Positions 38,701 to 50,700 of a DNA stretch of 57,553 nucleotides are shown here, piece after piece. The stretch is from positions 1 through 57,553 of the forward strand of contig NIVC01004157.1 in assembly GCA_002269645.1 (NCBI GenBank). Direction: 5' to 3'. The notes beneath the pieces are model-generated. The model saw only the letters and a program-made list of their open reading frames with translations. It had not been told where the DNA came from and made no database searches. Both the position numbers and the translations under genes were made by a program. The DNA comes from Macrostomum lignano. Lineage: Eukaryota. Numbering within the stretch: the first letter of the stretch is position 1; every line of letters begins with the position of its first letter.

Positions 38701-41700
38701 AGTCTGTCCTCTGGGTCGTCGGAAAGTCTGTCCTCTGGGTCGTCATATGTCTCGATGTCGGTTGATTCAAGTACACATTCGATTGACACATCCATGGGTG
38801 AATACAGCGATTCGAGCTCTTCCGCTGCAATTCAAGCAAACGTCGGCGAGCAACCGACTATTGCAATTCCTGCTGATGACGAGAATGAAGTGCAGGCAGC
38901 TGGTCCATCTGATATCGAGCACCCTGAAATATTTTCTGCGGATGAGGATAGTAACCTTCTTTCTGTCTTTTGTATCCAAGGTATCTCTATGGAGGTCAAA
39001 TGTGCCCTTCTAATGTTGTGGATGATCTTGTCGAACGTTTCCAAGAAAGCTGTTAAAAACATGCTTCGCCTCATTTCCATTCTGTCTCCTCGCGCTGCTT
39101 TACCTACATCTTACAAAGCAATGGAAGCGGTTCTGCTTCGTTCATTCATTTTAAAACCGGACTTCGTTGTGAAAGTTTGTTTAGCGTGTCTACTTATAAA
39201 CTGTAGTGAACATCCAGTCGACTCTTTCGAGGGACTATGGCTCTTAAATGTAAACCATCAGGTGGAGCTTACAGTTGAAAGGCATTTAAATGATATTTTA
39301 TCTTACCAGCGTGAGCTAAGGCGAGGATTTCAAACTGACATTCTGAACTCTGCTGTTAGCAATGAACTAGAAACCGGCTCATCTCCTGACATTTTTCACT
39401 TGTATTTTCTTCTTTCGGCTGACGGAGCAAACTTCTTTAAAGTTTCTGAAATGTCTGTGTGGCCTTTCTGTGCACTGTGCCTCAATTTGCCTGTTAGATT
39501 ACGCCAGAAGTTTGTCAACATTATCACAATCGCTTTGTTTACCAATCGAGGAAAGCCGAATTTTGAAAAGTTTTTGCCTACTATTTTAAATCGCTTGCCT
39601 TCGTGTGTAAAAGTAAGGAATGTGACGTTTTTTCTTCACTTCTCGTTTTTTACCTGCGATTTGCCCGCTTTATCTCACCTTTTTGGAATCAAGCAATTCA
39701 ACGGACAATTTGCTTGTCCCAGATGCATCCTACCTGGCAAGTCTCTAAAGGTGTCAGAAAAAGGCCAAGTTCGTGTCTTCCCCGCTGTCCATGGAATTCC
39801 GCTTCGAACTAATGCCATGCATGCGCAGCATCTCACAGTTCTCAAGGCTCAAGGGCTTAAGGATTATTTTGGAATCAAACGCGAAACTGCTCTTCTCAAA
39901 ATCATTCGTTTTCCAGAAAATTTCATTGTTGATTCTATGCATTGTCTCTGGGAAGGTCAAGTAAAACACATTCTAGCCTTCTTGACTGATTCTAAGACTA
40001 AAAGCTGCAATCCCAATCATTACCGTGTGCTAGGCTCAGCATCTGTCAATGTAATCGACTCTCAGATTATGCAACTGAAACTTCCCCAAGGTATTAGCAA
40101 TGTTCCTCCAATTAGTCAGCTCTCACTTTGGAAAGCGAAAACATACAAGATTTTTGCTCTGTATCTGTTTCCATCAATTCTGCTTCCACGAATCGAAAAT
40201 CCCGAACTTAGGGGCCTGCTCCTTCTTCTTAATTCTATTTATAACTTGCTGTACTCGCAAAATTCTTGTGTTTCAACTTTAAAACGTCTGTGCAATATGT
40301 TTCTTAACCTGTGTCCTGAGTTTTTTGGCGAACGTGTTATGCTTCTTAATTTTCATCTTCTCTATCATCTACCCGACCAGTATGAACGATTTGGTCCTCT
40401 GTATTGTGCATCAATGTTTCCCTTTGAGTCAGCTATGCATGGCTTTAATATGCTTCATTTTGGCAGTCGATTTCATGGAAAGCAAATTTCCGAAAAGTTT
40501 TTCTGGCTAAAAGTGCTATTGTATTCACTGCAACCTGCTGCAGGCTCCAATCCCTCAATTTCTGATGCACTCCTTGTCATCGCTAAGCACTACTGCAATC
40601 CTCCTGAGCGCGAAAATCGAACTCTAGGCGCTTCTGGGGGTAAAATTTTAACAACCACTTCTGCGGATTGCACTTTAAAAACATGTAGTTCGTATGTCCT
40701 GGATGTATCAAATTCATATTTTGCTATTAATCATTTTGCCGATAGCAAAATCTTTGGCTCTTTTCTGACTCCACAATGTCGTTTAATCGACTTACTGTTC
40801 AATGCTGTTCCGGATTTTACCAATATTGGTGCTAGTGCATCTGAACAAGCAATCTTTCTTGCTTTTTTTACATCTGATGTTCCACTCCGAAATATGCTTA
40901 TCTTTACGAGTCAGGAACCCACTCGGGAAAATTACAATTGCATACGTCTCACTGATGTGGCTGCGAGGTGCATTCGAGTCGATGTCAACTTTCCGAACTT
41001 GCCATCAGGCAGTTTTTGTCTGGTACCCCTGTTGGAAGAGTGTGAGCACGATTAGCTCAGATAACTTCAAACGCGCGTCAGTTTTTCAGGGTCATTGTCT
41101 TGTCTCGTTTTCTATTCTGTAAGTAGTCCTGGTTGTCAATGTAATCATTGCATGAAATTTTTTCTGGTACGTATTCCTGATTTATCTGCTGGGTAGCTAT
41201 TGTTGTGTAGCTTTTGTCGATGTTAGCCAGCCGATGTGTGTGTGCTAGGCTTATTCTAAAAGCTCTATTGCTAGGACACAGGAAGAAAATATGACTGGGG
41301 AATTAGACGGGACCAAGAAAGAGACACTAACTGGCAAACTTTCGGCTAGCAAACGCCGGCTGGCTAACATCGTAGACCCAGTACCATCTAGTACTTGTAC
41401 TTAAGCAAGCTTTGTTTCTTGTTAGTTTTTCTAAACTAAAAAGCCCTTTTTCACAAAACATGCGCGCCTAATGCTCAGCTATATTTATCCTACATGTTAT
41501 GTTTTACGTTTTCTCTCATATGCCGTGCGCTTTGTTTAGATACACCTAATTCTTTGTCACATTTTTGCAGTTTTTTATGTTTAATTGCTTTTACGTAAAA
41601 CTCCGGGGACACAAATTTTTTTTTTACATTTGGCTTCTTTGTTTGGTAATAAATATTACATTTTCGGCTCACTCACTTAGTTGAGACCTGTCTTATACAT

Positions 41701-44700
41701 AAAACTAACCAATTGTGTTATTTTGAGTGTGTCTTATTGTGTGTACATCGCCCATGGTTTGGTAAGACAAACCAGAATAGAACTAAGTACGGTTTTAATG
41801 AGCCGATTTAAACGAAGGTACGAAGTGCAATGTATTCATATATATACGAGTATATATGGCTCGCAAGATGACTAAAAATGCATTATTTCTAATTAATTGC
41901 AACCACATTATAAATGCATTTTATATATATAGAATTTGCATTATAATGGCAATTATAATGCCATTAAGTGGCAATTATAATGCCATTAAGTGGCATTCAA
42001 TGTCATTATAATGGCCAGTAAAAATGCATTATTTACCCATTATGGGTCCCTAGGGACGGTTGACGGCGATTTACAATGGAGCTTTGTGGCCACTATGGGC
42101 TTGCTTCAGGGCCACTATGGGCTTGCTTCAGGGCCACTATGGGCTTGCTTCAGGGCGACTATGGGCTTGCTTCAGGGCGACTATGGGCTTGCTTCAGGGC
42201 GACTATGGGCTTGCTTCAGGGCCACTATGGGCTTGCTTCAGGGCGACTATGGGCTTGCTTCAGGGCGACTATGGGCTTGCTTCAGGGCCACTATGGGCTT
42301 GCTTCAGGGCGACTATGGGCTTGCTTCAGGGCGACTATGGGCTTGCTTCAGGGCGACTATGGGCTTGCTTCAGGGGTGACTATGGGCTTGCTTCAGGGCG
42401 ACTATGGGCTTGCTTCAGGGCGACTATGGGCTTGCTTCAGGGCCACTATGGGCTTGCTTCAGGGCGACTATGGGCTTGCTTCAGGGCGACTATGGGCTTG
42501 CTTCAGGGCCACTATGGGCTTGCTTCAGGGCGACTATGGGCTTGCTTCAGGGCGACTATGGGCTTGCTTCAGGGCGACTATGGGCTTGCTTCAGGGGTGA
42601 CTATGGGCTTGCTTCAGGGGTGACTATGGGCTTGCTTCAGGGGTGACTATGGGCTTGCGTCAGTGAGACTATGGGCTTGCTTCAGGGGCGACTATGGGCT
42701 TGCTTCAGGGCCACTATGGGCTTGCTTCAGGGCCACTATGGGCTTGCTTCAGGGCCACTATGGGCTTGCTTCAGGGGATACTATGGGCTTGCTTCAGGGG
42801 ATACTATGGGCTTGCTTCAGTGAGACTATGGGCTTGCTACAGGACCACTATGGGCTTGCTTCAGTGCCACTATGGGCTTGCTTCAGGGCCACTATGGGCT
42901 TGCTTCAGGGCCACTATGGGCTTGCTTCAGGGGTGACTATGGGCTTGCTTTAGGAGTGACTATGGGCTTGCTTCAGGGCGACTATGGGCTTGCTTCAGGA
43001 GTGACTATGGGCTTGCTTCAGGGGTGACTATGGGCTTGCTTCAGGGGTGACTATGGGCTTGCTTCAGGGCGACTATGAGCTGGCTTCAGTGAGACTATGG
43101 GCTTGCTTCAGGGGACACTATGGGCTGCCTGAGGGGACATTATGGGCTGCCTCAGAGGATATTAAGTGCTGCCTCAGGGAGGTTATGGGGTTGCTTTAAA
43201 TATGACTTGTGCGGCAGTTGATTTCCGGAGCATCGCGTGTTACCTTGAAGTGATCCTCATGGGTCTCGGCATCGCTCAGTCTGTTAATGATATCCGGCAG
43301 CACATTGTACAGCGCGTTGCCCTTGTTAGACAGCTCGGAGAAGAACAGCTTGGCCAGGTGGGCAATGCGGGACTGCGAGTCGCAGATGCAGGTGGTCATC
43401 TCGCTGATCTGGCCTTTCACCTTGATCATGTCGTTCAGGATGAGGTGGCTCAGGGTGTTCAGCGCGTTTAGCCGGACCCTGGCGCTGGAGTCCCGCAGGC
43501 GGCCGTAGAGGCTGGCGGTCCAGGGCTCCACCAGATTGGGGAACCGCTTGGCCAGGTCGCCAAGGGCAACGATGAGGTTGGCGCGGATCACCTCCGATTG
43601 GCTCTTCTCGGCCAGGGTGAACAGCAGGCCGAGGTGCTGCTCGCAGAACTTGCCGGACACCAGCATGAGCTTGGCCAGGGCCAGGCTGGCCGCGGCTTGC
43701 AACTGCTCGGACTGGAAGCTGGCCGGCTGCTCGCACACGTGCACAATCAGCGGGGCCAGGTGGCTCAGCAGGTGGCGCTCGTCGTACAGCAGCACGTCGT
43801 CGAGCAGGCGGCGGATCTGCTCAGCCTCCTGGTCGTCCGCCGAGGCACCTTCCAGGCCGAGCTCGTCCTCAGCTGAGGCCGGCTGGACGCTCTGTGGGAG
43901 TGAAACCGGAGTGAGTGAAGAGTGAGTGAACAGGAGTGAGTGAAGAGTGAGTGAACAGGAGTGAGTGAAGAGTGAGTGAACCGGAGTGAGTGAAGAGTGA
44001 GTGAACCGGAGTGAGTGAAGAGTGAGTGAACCGGAGTGAGTGAAGAGTGAGTGAACAGGAGTGAGTGAAGAGTGAGTGAACCGGAGTGAGTGAAGAGTGA
44101 GTGAACCGGAGTGAGTGAAGAGTGAGTGAACAGGAGTGAGTGAAGAGTGAGTGAACAGGAGTGAGTGAAGAGTGAGTGAACCGGAGTGAGTGAAGAGTGA
44201 GCGAACAGGAGTGAGTGAAGAGTGAGTGAACAGGAGTGAGTGAAGAGTGAGTGAACCGGAGTGAGTGAAGAGTGAGTGAACAGGAGTGAGTGAAGAGTGA
44301 GTGAACCGGAGTGAGTGAAGAGTGAGTGCACAGGAGTGAGTGAAGAGTGAGTGAACCTGAGTGAGTGAAGAGTGAGTGAACAGGGGTGAGTGAAGAGAAT
44401 TTCAAAGGAGTGACTCAAAAGTGAGCAGGAACACAAATTCCGAATCCCAGCTTCCAACCCCCAGTGAAAACCTTCCGCTTCGAGGCCTTCACAGCCGACG
44501 CCCGGCCGGTCTCCCCGCCTTTGTTGGCTTCCTTCAGCGCCGTCCGGCGTTTCAGCTCGGCCAGCACAGCCACCTCCAGGTGCACCAGCACCTTCAGGGC
44601 CACGTGACCGACCAGGGCCACGAACTTGGCCAGCATGCTGGACGCCAGGGTCAGCGACGGTTGCGGCGCTTCTGGACCATCGTCCGACATCTCGACAGCA

Positions 44701-47700
44701 GCGTCCGCGGCCTCGGCGTCGGCGTCGTCCAATTGAATGGCATCCGCAGGTTCCGCGGTCGCAGCCGCCGCCGCCGCCGTGACAGATTTCCTGCGGCTGC
44801 AGTCAAGCAGCAGGCGGGCCATGCGGCGGATCAGCGAGGCGGCCAGCTGGTCCGGACTGTCGGCCAGGGTGTAGATCACCGACACCGCCTGAGGACAGTG
44901 ATTGGGCTGGCTGGACTGCGCTTTTGCTTGGCTTTGCTACTCATAGTAGGATGCGGCTATATGTAGCGTCATTCTGCTCGGGGCTCAGGCTGCTGAGGGA
45001 CTGGAGAGGGCAGAGCACAGGCTGCTGAGGGACTGGAGAGGGCAGAGCACAGGCTGCTGAGGGACTGGAGGGGGCAGAGCACAGGCTGCTGAGGGACTGG
45101 AGGGGCAGAGCACAGGTTGCTGAGGGACTGGAGAGGGCAGAGCACAGGCTGCTGAGGAACTGGAGGGGGCAGAGCACAGGCTGCTGAGGGACTGGAGGGG
45201 GCAGAGCACAGGCTGCTGAGGAACTGGAGGGGGCAGAGCACAGGCTGCTGAGGGACTCGAGGGGCAGAGCACAGACTGCTGAAGGACTGGAGAGGGCAGG
45301 GCACTCTGCTGAAGGAAATGATTCAATGGAAACAAAGGAAAGAAGCTGAGTCAGGCCAGCAGAGAATCCGGACCTGCTCCATCATGGGCATCCAGAACCG
45401 GCTCTCCCCAGACGCGGACGACACAATGATGTCCAGCAGTCGCTGGAACAGGTCGCTTTCTGTCGGCATCCGGCAGGACTCGGGCGCGGCAGCGACGCCG
45501 GAGCCAGCGGCGGCATTGGCGGCAGATTTGGCTTTGGCCGGCGTGGCGGCCATCCGCTGGAGGGCCACGCAGGTGTACTGCACCAGCTGCAGGTCGGTGC
45601 AGTCGGCGCAGAGGCCCTCGCTGACCAACAGCTGGGTGTTCGCCCGCACGATGCCGGGCTCCTCGGCGGCCATCATGCCGAGCAGAATGACGGCGGCGCG
45701 CCGGTCCTGGCTGGAGTTTCCGGCCCGACGGGCGAACTTGTCCCAGGCTCCCTGTGCAGAATGGGATTATTATGGCGCTTGAAGTGGCTTCATGTGTCGG
45801 TGAATGTGTCGGTAAAACTGTCGGTAAGTGTGACAGTAAAATTGTCGGTGAATGTGTCGGTAAAATTGTCGGTAAGTGTGTCAGTAAAATTGTCGGTGAA
45901 TGTGTCGGTAAAATTGTCGGTAAGTGTGTCAGTAAAATTGTCGGTGAATGTGTCGGTAAAATTGTCGGTGAATGTGTCGGTAAAATTGTCGGTAAGTGTG
46001 TTAGTAAAATTGTCGGTGAATGTGTCGGTAAAATTGTCGGTAAATGTGTCGGTAAAATTGTCGGTGAATGTGTCGGTAAAATTGTCGGTGAATGTGTCGG
46101 TGAATGTGTCAGTAAAATTGTCGGTAAGTGTGTCAGTAAAATTGTCGGTGAATGTGTCGGTAAAATTGTCGGTGAATGTGTCGGTAAAATTGTCGGTGAA
46201 TGTGTCGGTAAAATTGTCGGTGAATGTGTCGGTGAATGTGTCAGTAAAATTGTCGGTAAGTGTGTCAGTAAAATTGTCGGTGAATGTGTCAGTAAAATTG
46301 TCGGTGAATGTGTCAGTAAAATTGTCGGTGAATGTGTCGGTAAAATTGTCGGTGAATGTGTCGGTGAATGTGTCAGTAAAATTGTCGTAAGTGTGTCAGT
46401 AAAATTGTCGATGAATGCGTCGGTAAAATTGTCGGTAAATGTGTCGGTAAAATTGTCGGTGAATGTGTCGGTAAAATTGTCGGTAAGTGTGTCAGTAAAA
46501 TTGTCGGTGAATGTGTCGGTAAAATTGTCGGTAAGTGTGTCAGTAAAATTGTCGGTGAATGTGTCGGTAAAATTGTCGGTGAATGTGTCGGTAAAATTGT
46601 CGGTGAATGTGTCGGTGAATGTGTCAGTAAAATTGTCGGTGAATGTGTCAGTAAAATTGTCGGTGAATGTGTCGGTAAAATTGTCGGTGAATGTGTCGGT
46701 AAAATTGTCGGTGAATGTGTCGGTGAATGTGTCAGTAAAATTGTCGGTGAATGTGTCAGTAAAATTGTCGGTGAATGTGTCAGTAAAATTGTCGGTGAAT
46801 GTGTCAGTAAAATTGTCGGTGAATGTGTCAGTAAAATTGTCGGTGAATGTGTCGGTAAAATTGTCGGTGAATGTGTCGGTGAATGTGTCAGTAAAATTGT
46901 CGTAAGTGTGTCAGTAAAATTGTCGATGAATGTGTCGGTAAAATTGTCGGTAAATGTGTCGGTAAAATTGTCGGTGAATGTGTCGGTAAAATTGTCGGTG
47001 AATGTGTCGGTAAAATTGTCGGTGAATGTGTCGGTGAATGTGTCAGTAAAATTGTCGGTAAGTGTGTCAGTAAAATTGTCGGTGAATGTGTCAGTAAAAT
47101 TGTCGGTAAATGTGTCGGTAAAATTGTCGGTGAATGTGTCGGTAAAATTGTCGGTGAATGTGTCGGTAAAATTGTCGGTGAATGTGTCGGTGAATGTGCC
47201 AGTAAAATTGTCGGTAAGTGTGTCAGTAAAATTGTCGGTGAATGTGTCGGTAAAATTGTCGGTAAATGTGTCGGTAAAATTTTCGGTGAATGTGTCGGTA
47301 AAATTGTCGGTGAATGTGTCGGTAAAATTGTCGGTGAATGTGTCGGTGAATGTGTCGGTAAAATTGTCGGTGAATGTGTCGGTAAAATTGTCGGTGAATG
47401 TGTCGGTGAATGTGTCAGTAAAATTGTCGGTAAGTGTGTCGGTAAAATTGTCGGTGAATGTGTCGGTAAAATTGTCGGTGAATGTGTCGGTGAATGTGTC
47501 AGTAAAATTGTCGGTAAATGTGTCGGTAAAATTGTCGGTGAATGTGTCGGTAAAATTGTCGGTGAATGTGTCGGTGAATGTGTCAGTAAAATTGTCGGTA
47601 AATGTGTCGGTAAAATTGTCGGTGAATGTGTCGGTAAAATTGTCGGTGAATGTGTCGGTGAATGTGTCGGTAAAATTGTCGGTGAATGTGTCGGTAAAAT

Positions 47701-50700
47701 TGTCGGTGAATGTGTCGGTGAATGTGCCAGTAAAATTGTCGGTAAGTGTGTCAGTAAAATTGTCGATGAATGCGTCGGTAAAATTGTCGGTGAATGTGTC
47801 GGTAAAATTGTCGGTAAGTGTGTCAGTAAAATTGTCGGTGAATGTGTCGGTGAATGTGTCAGTAAAATTGTCGGTAGGTGTGTCAGTAAAATTGTCGGTG
47901 AATGTGTCGGTAAAATTGTCGGTAAATGTGTCGGTAAAATTGTCGGTGAATGTGTCGGTAAAATTGTCGGTGAATGTGTCGGTAAAATTGTCAGTAAATT
48001 TGTCGGTAAAATTGTGGGTGAATGTGTCGGTAAAATTGTCGGTAAGTGTGTCAGTAAAATTGTCGGTGAATGTGTCGGTAAAACTGTCGGTAAGTGTGTC
48101 AGTAAAATTGTCGGTAAGTGTGTCAGTAAAATTGTCGGTGAATGTGTCGGTAAAACTGTCGGTGAGGCGCACCTGAACCACAGGCTTGTCGATGACGCCG
48201 GAGCGCACGAACTCGCAGACGAGTTTCTCCAGGGACAGCAGGTCGCCCAAGGTTGCGGAGCAGATCAGCTGGCTCAGGCTGCCTACGATGGCGGACACGC
48301 GCAGCTTCTCGGCTTCATCCGGCCCGATGCCGGCGTCCTGGTCGACGAACACCTCGGTGTACATCTTCTCATAGGCGGAGACCACGGCCTGCTTGATGGC
48401 GGCCTCCTTGGACCAGACCAGGCCCAGCATCTTCTTGAAGCCGGGCGCGCACTCGGCCATGCCCTGCTGGTGGCCGGCCAGCAGGAAGGCCACAGCCTCG
48501 AGGATGTCGCTCTGAGTTGACGAGCCCAGCATGGCAACAACGAACGGTATGGCGGACTTGACCTGCTCCACAAACTGCAGGCTCTGCCGCAGGCAGGCGA
48601 TGAGGGTCTGCTGCTTGGCAATCTGGGCGCAGGCCTCCGACTGGCGCGAGTTAGCGGCGTAGGCCTCGCCTGCGGTTGCCGCAAAATAAGGGGGGTGGGT
48701 GTCGTAATCTTAATTGATGATTGATTTATGACTGTCATGGAAGTTGGGGAATGTGCTGAGGTGCTCTGTTTGCTTTCAAATTAGTAATTTTCCATTCTAA
48801 CAAAAAATCCTGATAATGTCCTTAACTGGCTACTGACCAGAGCAGCCAACAGTAGTATTCACTAAACATTTTACAACGACTTCTAACCGAATGTCATCCC
48901 GAAAATGCTGATTCCATGACCTAAGCATAGAACTGAGAACCGACAAGACAACAGGAAACAAGCTGGAATTTCACAACAATAAGAAATAAAAAATAGGTAA
49001 ACTAACGAATTGAGTATAAAATAATATGACACAAGCATATCGCAGATTTTTTACAGCACGACTTGGACACCTGACTGACTAGCTTTACCTTCTCCATCCG
49101 CCGCAGTTAAGTGGCGCTCTTCAAGACGGGTTTTGCGGAGGGAATTTATCAATTGATTAGCTGGCAGTGAAATATTGGCTGAGTTAGAGATTCGGCTGAA
49201 GGAAGCTCATGGATTAATCATATAAGCACTGGAGCACTGTCTATTATGTATACTAGAAAGCGAGAATGGATGCATAACCCATGACCTACGCATGATCCAG
49301 AAAGTAGCCCATGACCCACGCATGACCCAGAAAGTATCTCATGACCTACGCATGACCCAGAAAGTAGCCCATGACCCATGCATGACCCAGAAAGTAGCCC
49401 ATGACCCATGCATGACCCAGAAAGTGTCCCGTGACCTACGCATGACCCAGAAAGTGTCCCGTAACCTACGCATGACCCAGAAAGTAGACCATGACCTACG
49501 CATGACCCAGAAAGTAGACCATGACCCATGCATGACCCAGAAAGTGTCCCGTGACCTACGCATGGCCCAGAAAGTGTCCCGTGACCTACGCATGGCCCAG
49601 AAAGTGTCCCGTGACTTACGCATGACCCAAATAGTGTCCCGTGACCTACGCATGGCCCAGAAAGTGTCCCGTGACCTACGCATGGCCCAGAAAGTGTCCC
49701 GTGACTTACGCATGACCCAAATAGTGTCCCGTGACCTACGCATGGCCCAGAAAGTGTCCCGTGACCTACGCATGGCCCAGAAAGTGTCCCGTGACCTACG
49801 CATGACACAGAAAGTGTCCCGTGACCTACGCATGACACAGAAAGTGTCCCGTGACCTACGCATGACACAGAAAGTGTCCCGTGACCTACGCATGACACAG
49901 AAGTAGCCTATGATCTACAAATAAGCTGGCCAGGTATCCAAGACCTGCATATGACGATCAAAGAGTCAAAGACTTATCCAGAAGGGCCTGACTTCCTGCT
50001 ATCATTTAGACTACCGAAACGAAAGATTTAAAAAGTGTAGCACAGATGAAGATTGCAGGAGCAGGTGCAGACACAAAAACCTGGTTCATGGACACATTCA
50101 ACACTCACTCACCCATATAAATGTCTTTCAGCCGGTCTGTCCAGGCCTGAACACGCAACTTCTGCGACTGGGCCTCCGCCTGCGACGCTGAAGCCGGCTG
50201 GCTGTCGCTGTTGGGCACTTCTTCACTGATTTGAGGATGGGAGAGGGGAGATGCGGCAGACATCGTGAGGCTGGTGCAATTGCAGATGTGCGAATATATA
50301 GACGACTCTAAAACAATGAGATGTCACGGTACAAGTCGCCAAAGAGTCGAATAAGAGTTAATTTAAAGCGTTTTATTGTCTGCGACCCTGAACTGACTTC
50401 GGGGCCGTAGATACGCAGCTGAGACGTGCTGGAGTCGCTGTAGAATTTCGTCTAAAGTGCATCTAAAGATGTCACTTAGAGTGACTCTATAGCGATTCTT
50501 GTCACGGTAACGCTTTCAACAACGGGTATTGTCCATTTTAATGTGCTCTTTAATGTGCTCCATTTTAAAGTTTTTATTTAAAAACGGCCTTTTTCGGGGC
50601 CACCAATCTATTGGGTTTAGTAGGTCATTATGGACAAGCAAGCATACAAACAAACCTTAGAGATTTAGTATATTTAGAAGATCAAGATAACAAATAGTGA

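Larger units (their letters stand above)
33373..42055 (+). mobile_element. CACTA/EnSpm (CMC) DNA transposon, 8683 bp including a nested mariner, apparently autonomous
   Basis: ~35-bp TIRs CCCTAGGGACCCAAAATGGACAAATAATGCATTTT vs (rc) CCCTAGGGACCCATAATGGGTAAATAATGCATTTT. 2-bp TSD AC. Subterminal AATGCATT repeats. Two internal genes. Confidence 0.88.

Noticed and set aside
38670-38745. 24-bp triplicate at the transposase N-terminus (SSESLSSG)
   Set aside because: An ordinary in-frame slippage repeat in a disordered tail.
41218-41372. 16-bp perfect inverted repeat CGATGTTAGCCAGCCG with a 123-bp spacer
   Set aside because: No TSD and too little evidence to call an element or RNA structure.
46373-48571. 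732-aa ORF fusing a CAP-D2 exon to (DNFT)n repeats
   Set aside because: Read-through of a canonical CAG|GTGCG donor into the intron 7 minisatellite. Homology resumes in the next exon.
50300-50640. Palindromes in CAP-D2 intron 5 as a possible Helitron end
   Set aside because: No hairpin plus CTRR arrangement that I could support.
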